Origin: a virus
Taxonomy: Duplodnaviria > Heunggongvirae > Uroviricota > Caudoviricetes
DNA length: 4,557 nt
IMG/VR virus record: IMGVR_UViG_2531839232_000006
Coordinates: 1-4,557 of that record
Strand: one strand, 5' to 3'
Below are positions 4,426 through 4,557 of this stretch, in pieces. Numbering within the stretch: position 1 is the stretch's first letter; every line of letters begins with the position of its first letter. The translations under genes and the position numbers were made by a program. The notes under the pieces are model-generated. The model was not told the DNA's origin. It did no database searches and saw only the letters and a program-made list of their open reading frames with translations.

Positions 4426-4557
4426 CCCGGCGATAACGATTGATATGGCCCTGAACGCCGGCCTGGCACTTCTTGGTTATTTCTACATTATGTTCTGCAG
4501 CGGACGATGGCTGTCACTGTTGTTCATGAAAAAATGGAATAAACGCCGTAAGCAGGA
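4415..4557 (+). CDS. 5' part of a small putative membrane protein (runs off the right edge)
   Basis: GTG at 4415 with AGGAGG at 4403-4408 (6-nt spacing), overlapping the DUF4406 stop by 11 nt; an alternative ATG lies at 4445. The frame is open to the window end and encodes VNIDPAITIDMALNAGLALLGYFYIMFCSGRWLSLLFMKKWNKRRKQ, with a roughly 25-residue hydrophobic stretch followed by a basic patch. It is absent from the supplied ORF track, presumably because it is truncated. Confidence 0.4.
   Translation, partial: MNIDPAITIDMALNAGLALLGYFYIMFCSGRWLSLLFMKKWNKRRKQ

Noticed and set aside
1-4557. Mobile element, integrase/transposase or tRNA attachment-site signatures
   Set aside because: I saw no terminal inverted repeats, recombinase-like ORF or tRNA-like structure. 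The window appears to be internal to a prophage rather than at its boundary.

Overview
This window looks like the early (regulation and replication) region of a lambdoid, Rac/CP-933P-type enterobacterial prophage, with every supported gene on the + strand. In order: the 3' tail of an upstream gene; a YdaT-like (CII-analogue) regulator whose start codon sits inside a perfect TTGATT-N6-AATCAA inverted repeat; an unidentified 169-aa gene; a replication initiator whose C-terminus matches host DnaT (ends IPPGFRG); a DnaC-type helicase loader with intact Walker A/B; then four tightly packed, apparently translationally coupled genes of unknown role (tandem winged-helix plus coiled-coil protein, small double-HTH protein, DUF4406 / nucleoside 2-deoxyribosyltransferase-like protein, and the start of a small membrane protein). 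The strongest non-coding signal is six copies of AAGGGGCTT in two 11-bp-phased triplets inside the rep gene, followed by a purine-rich (GAACAG)n/A8 tract, which I read as a lambda-style origin embedded in the initiator gene. No rRNA, tRNA, CRISPR array, integrase or transposase was seen. The best candidate for an undescribed system is the coupled downstream module, but I cannot assign it a function from sequence alone. All family assignments are from memory of motifs, not from searches.
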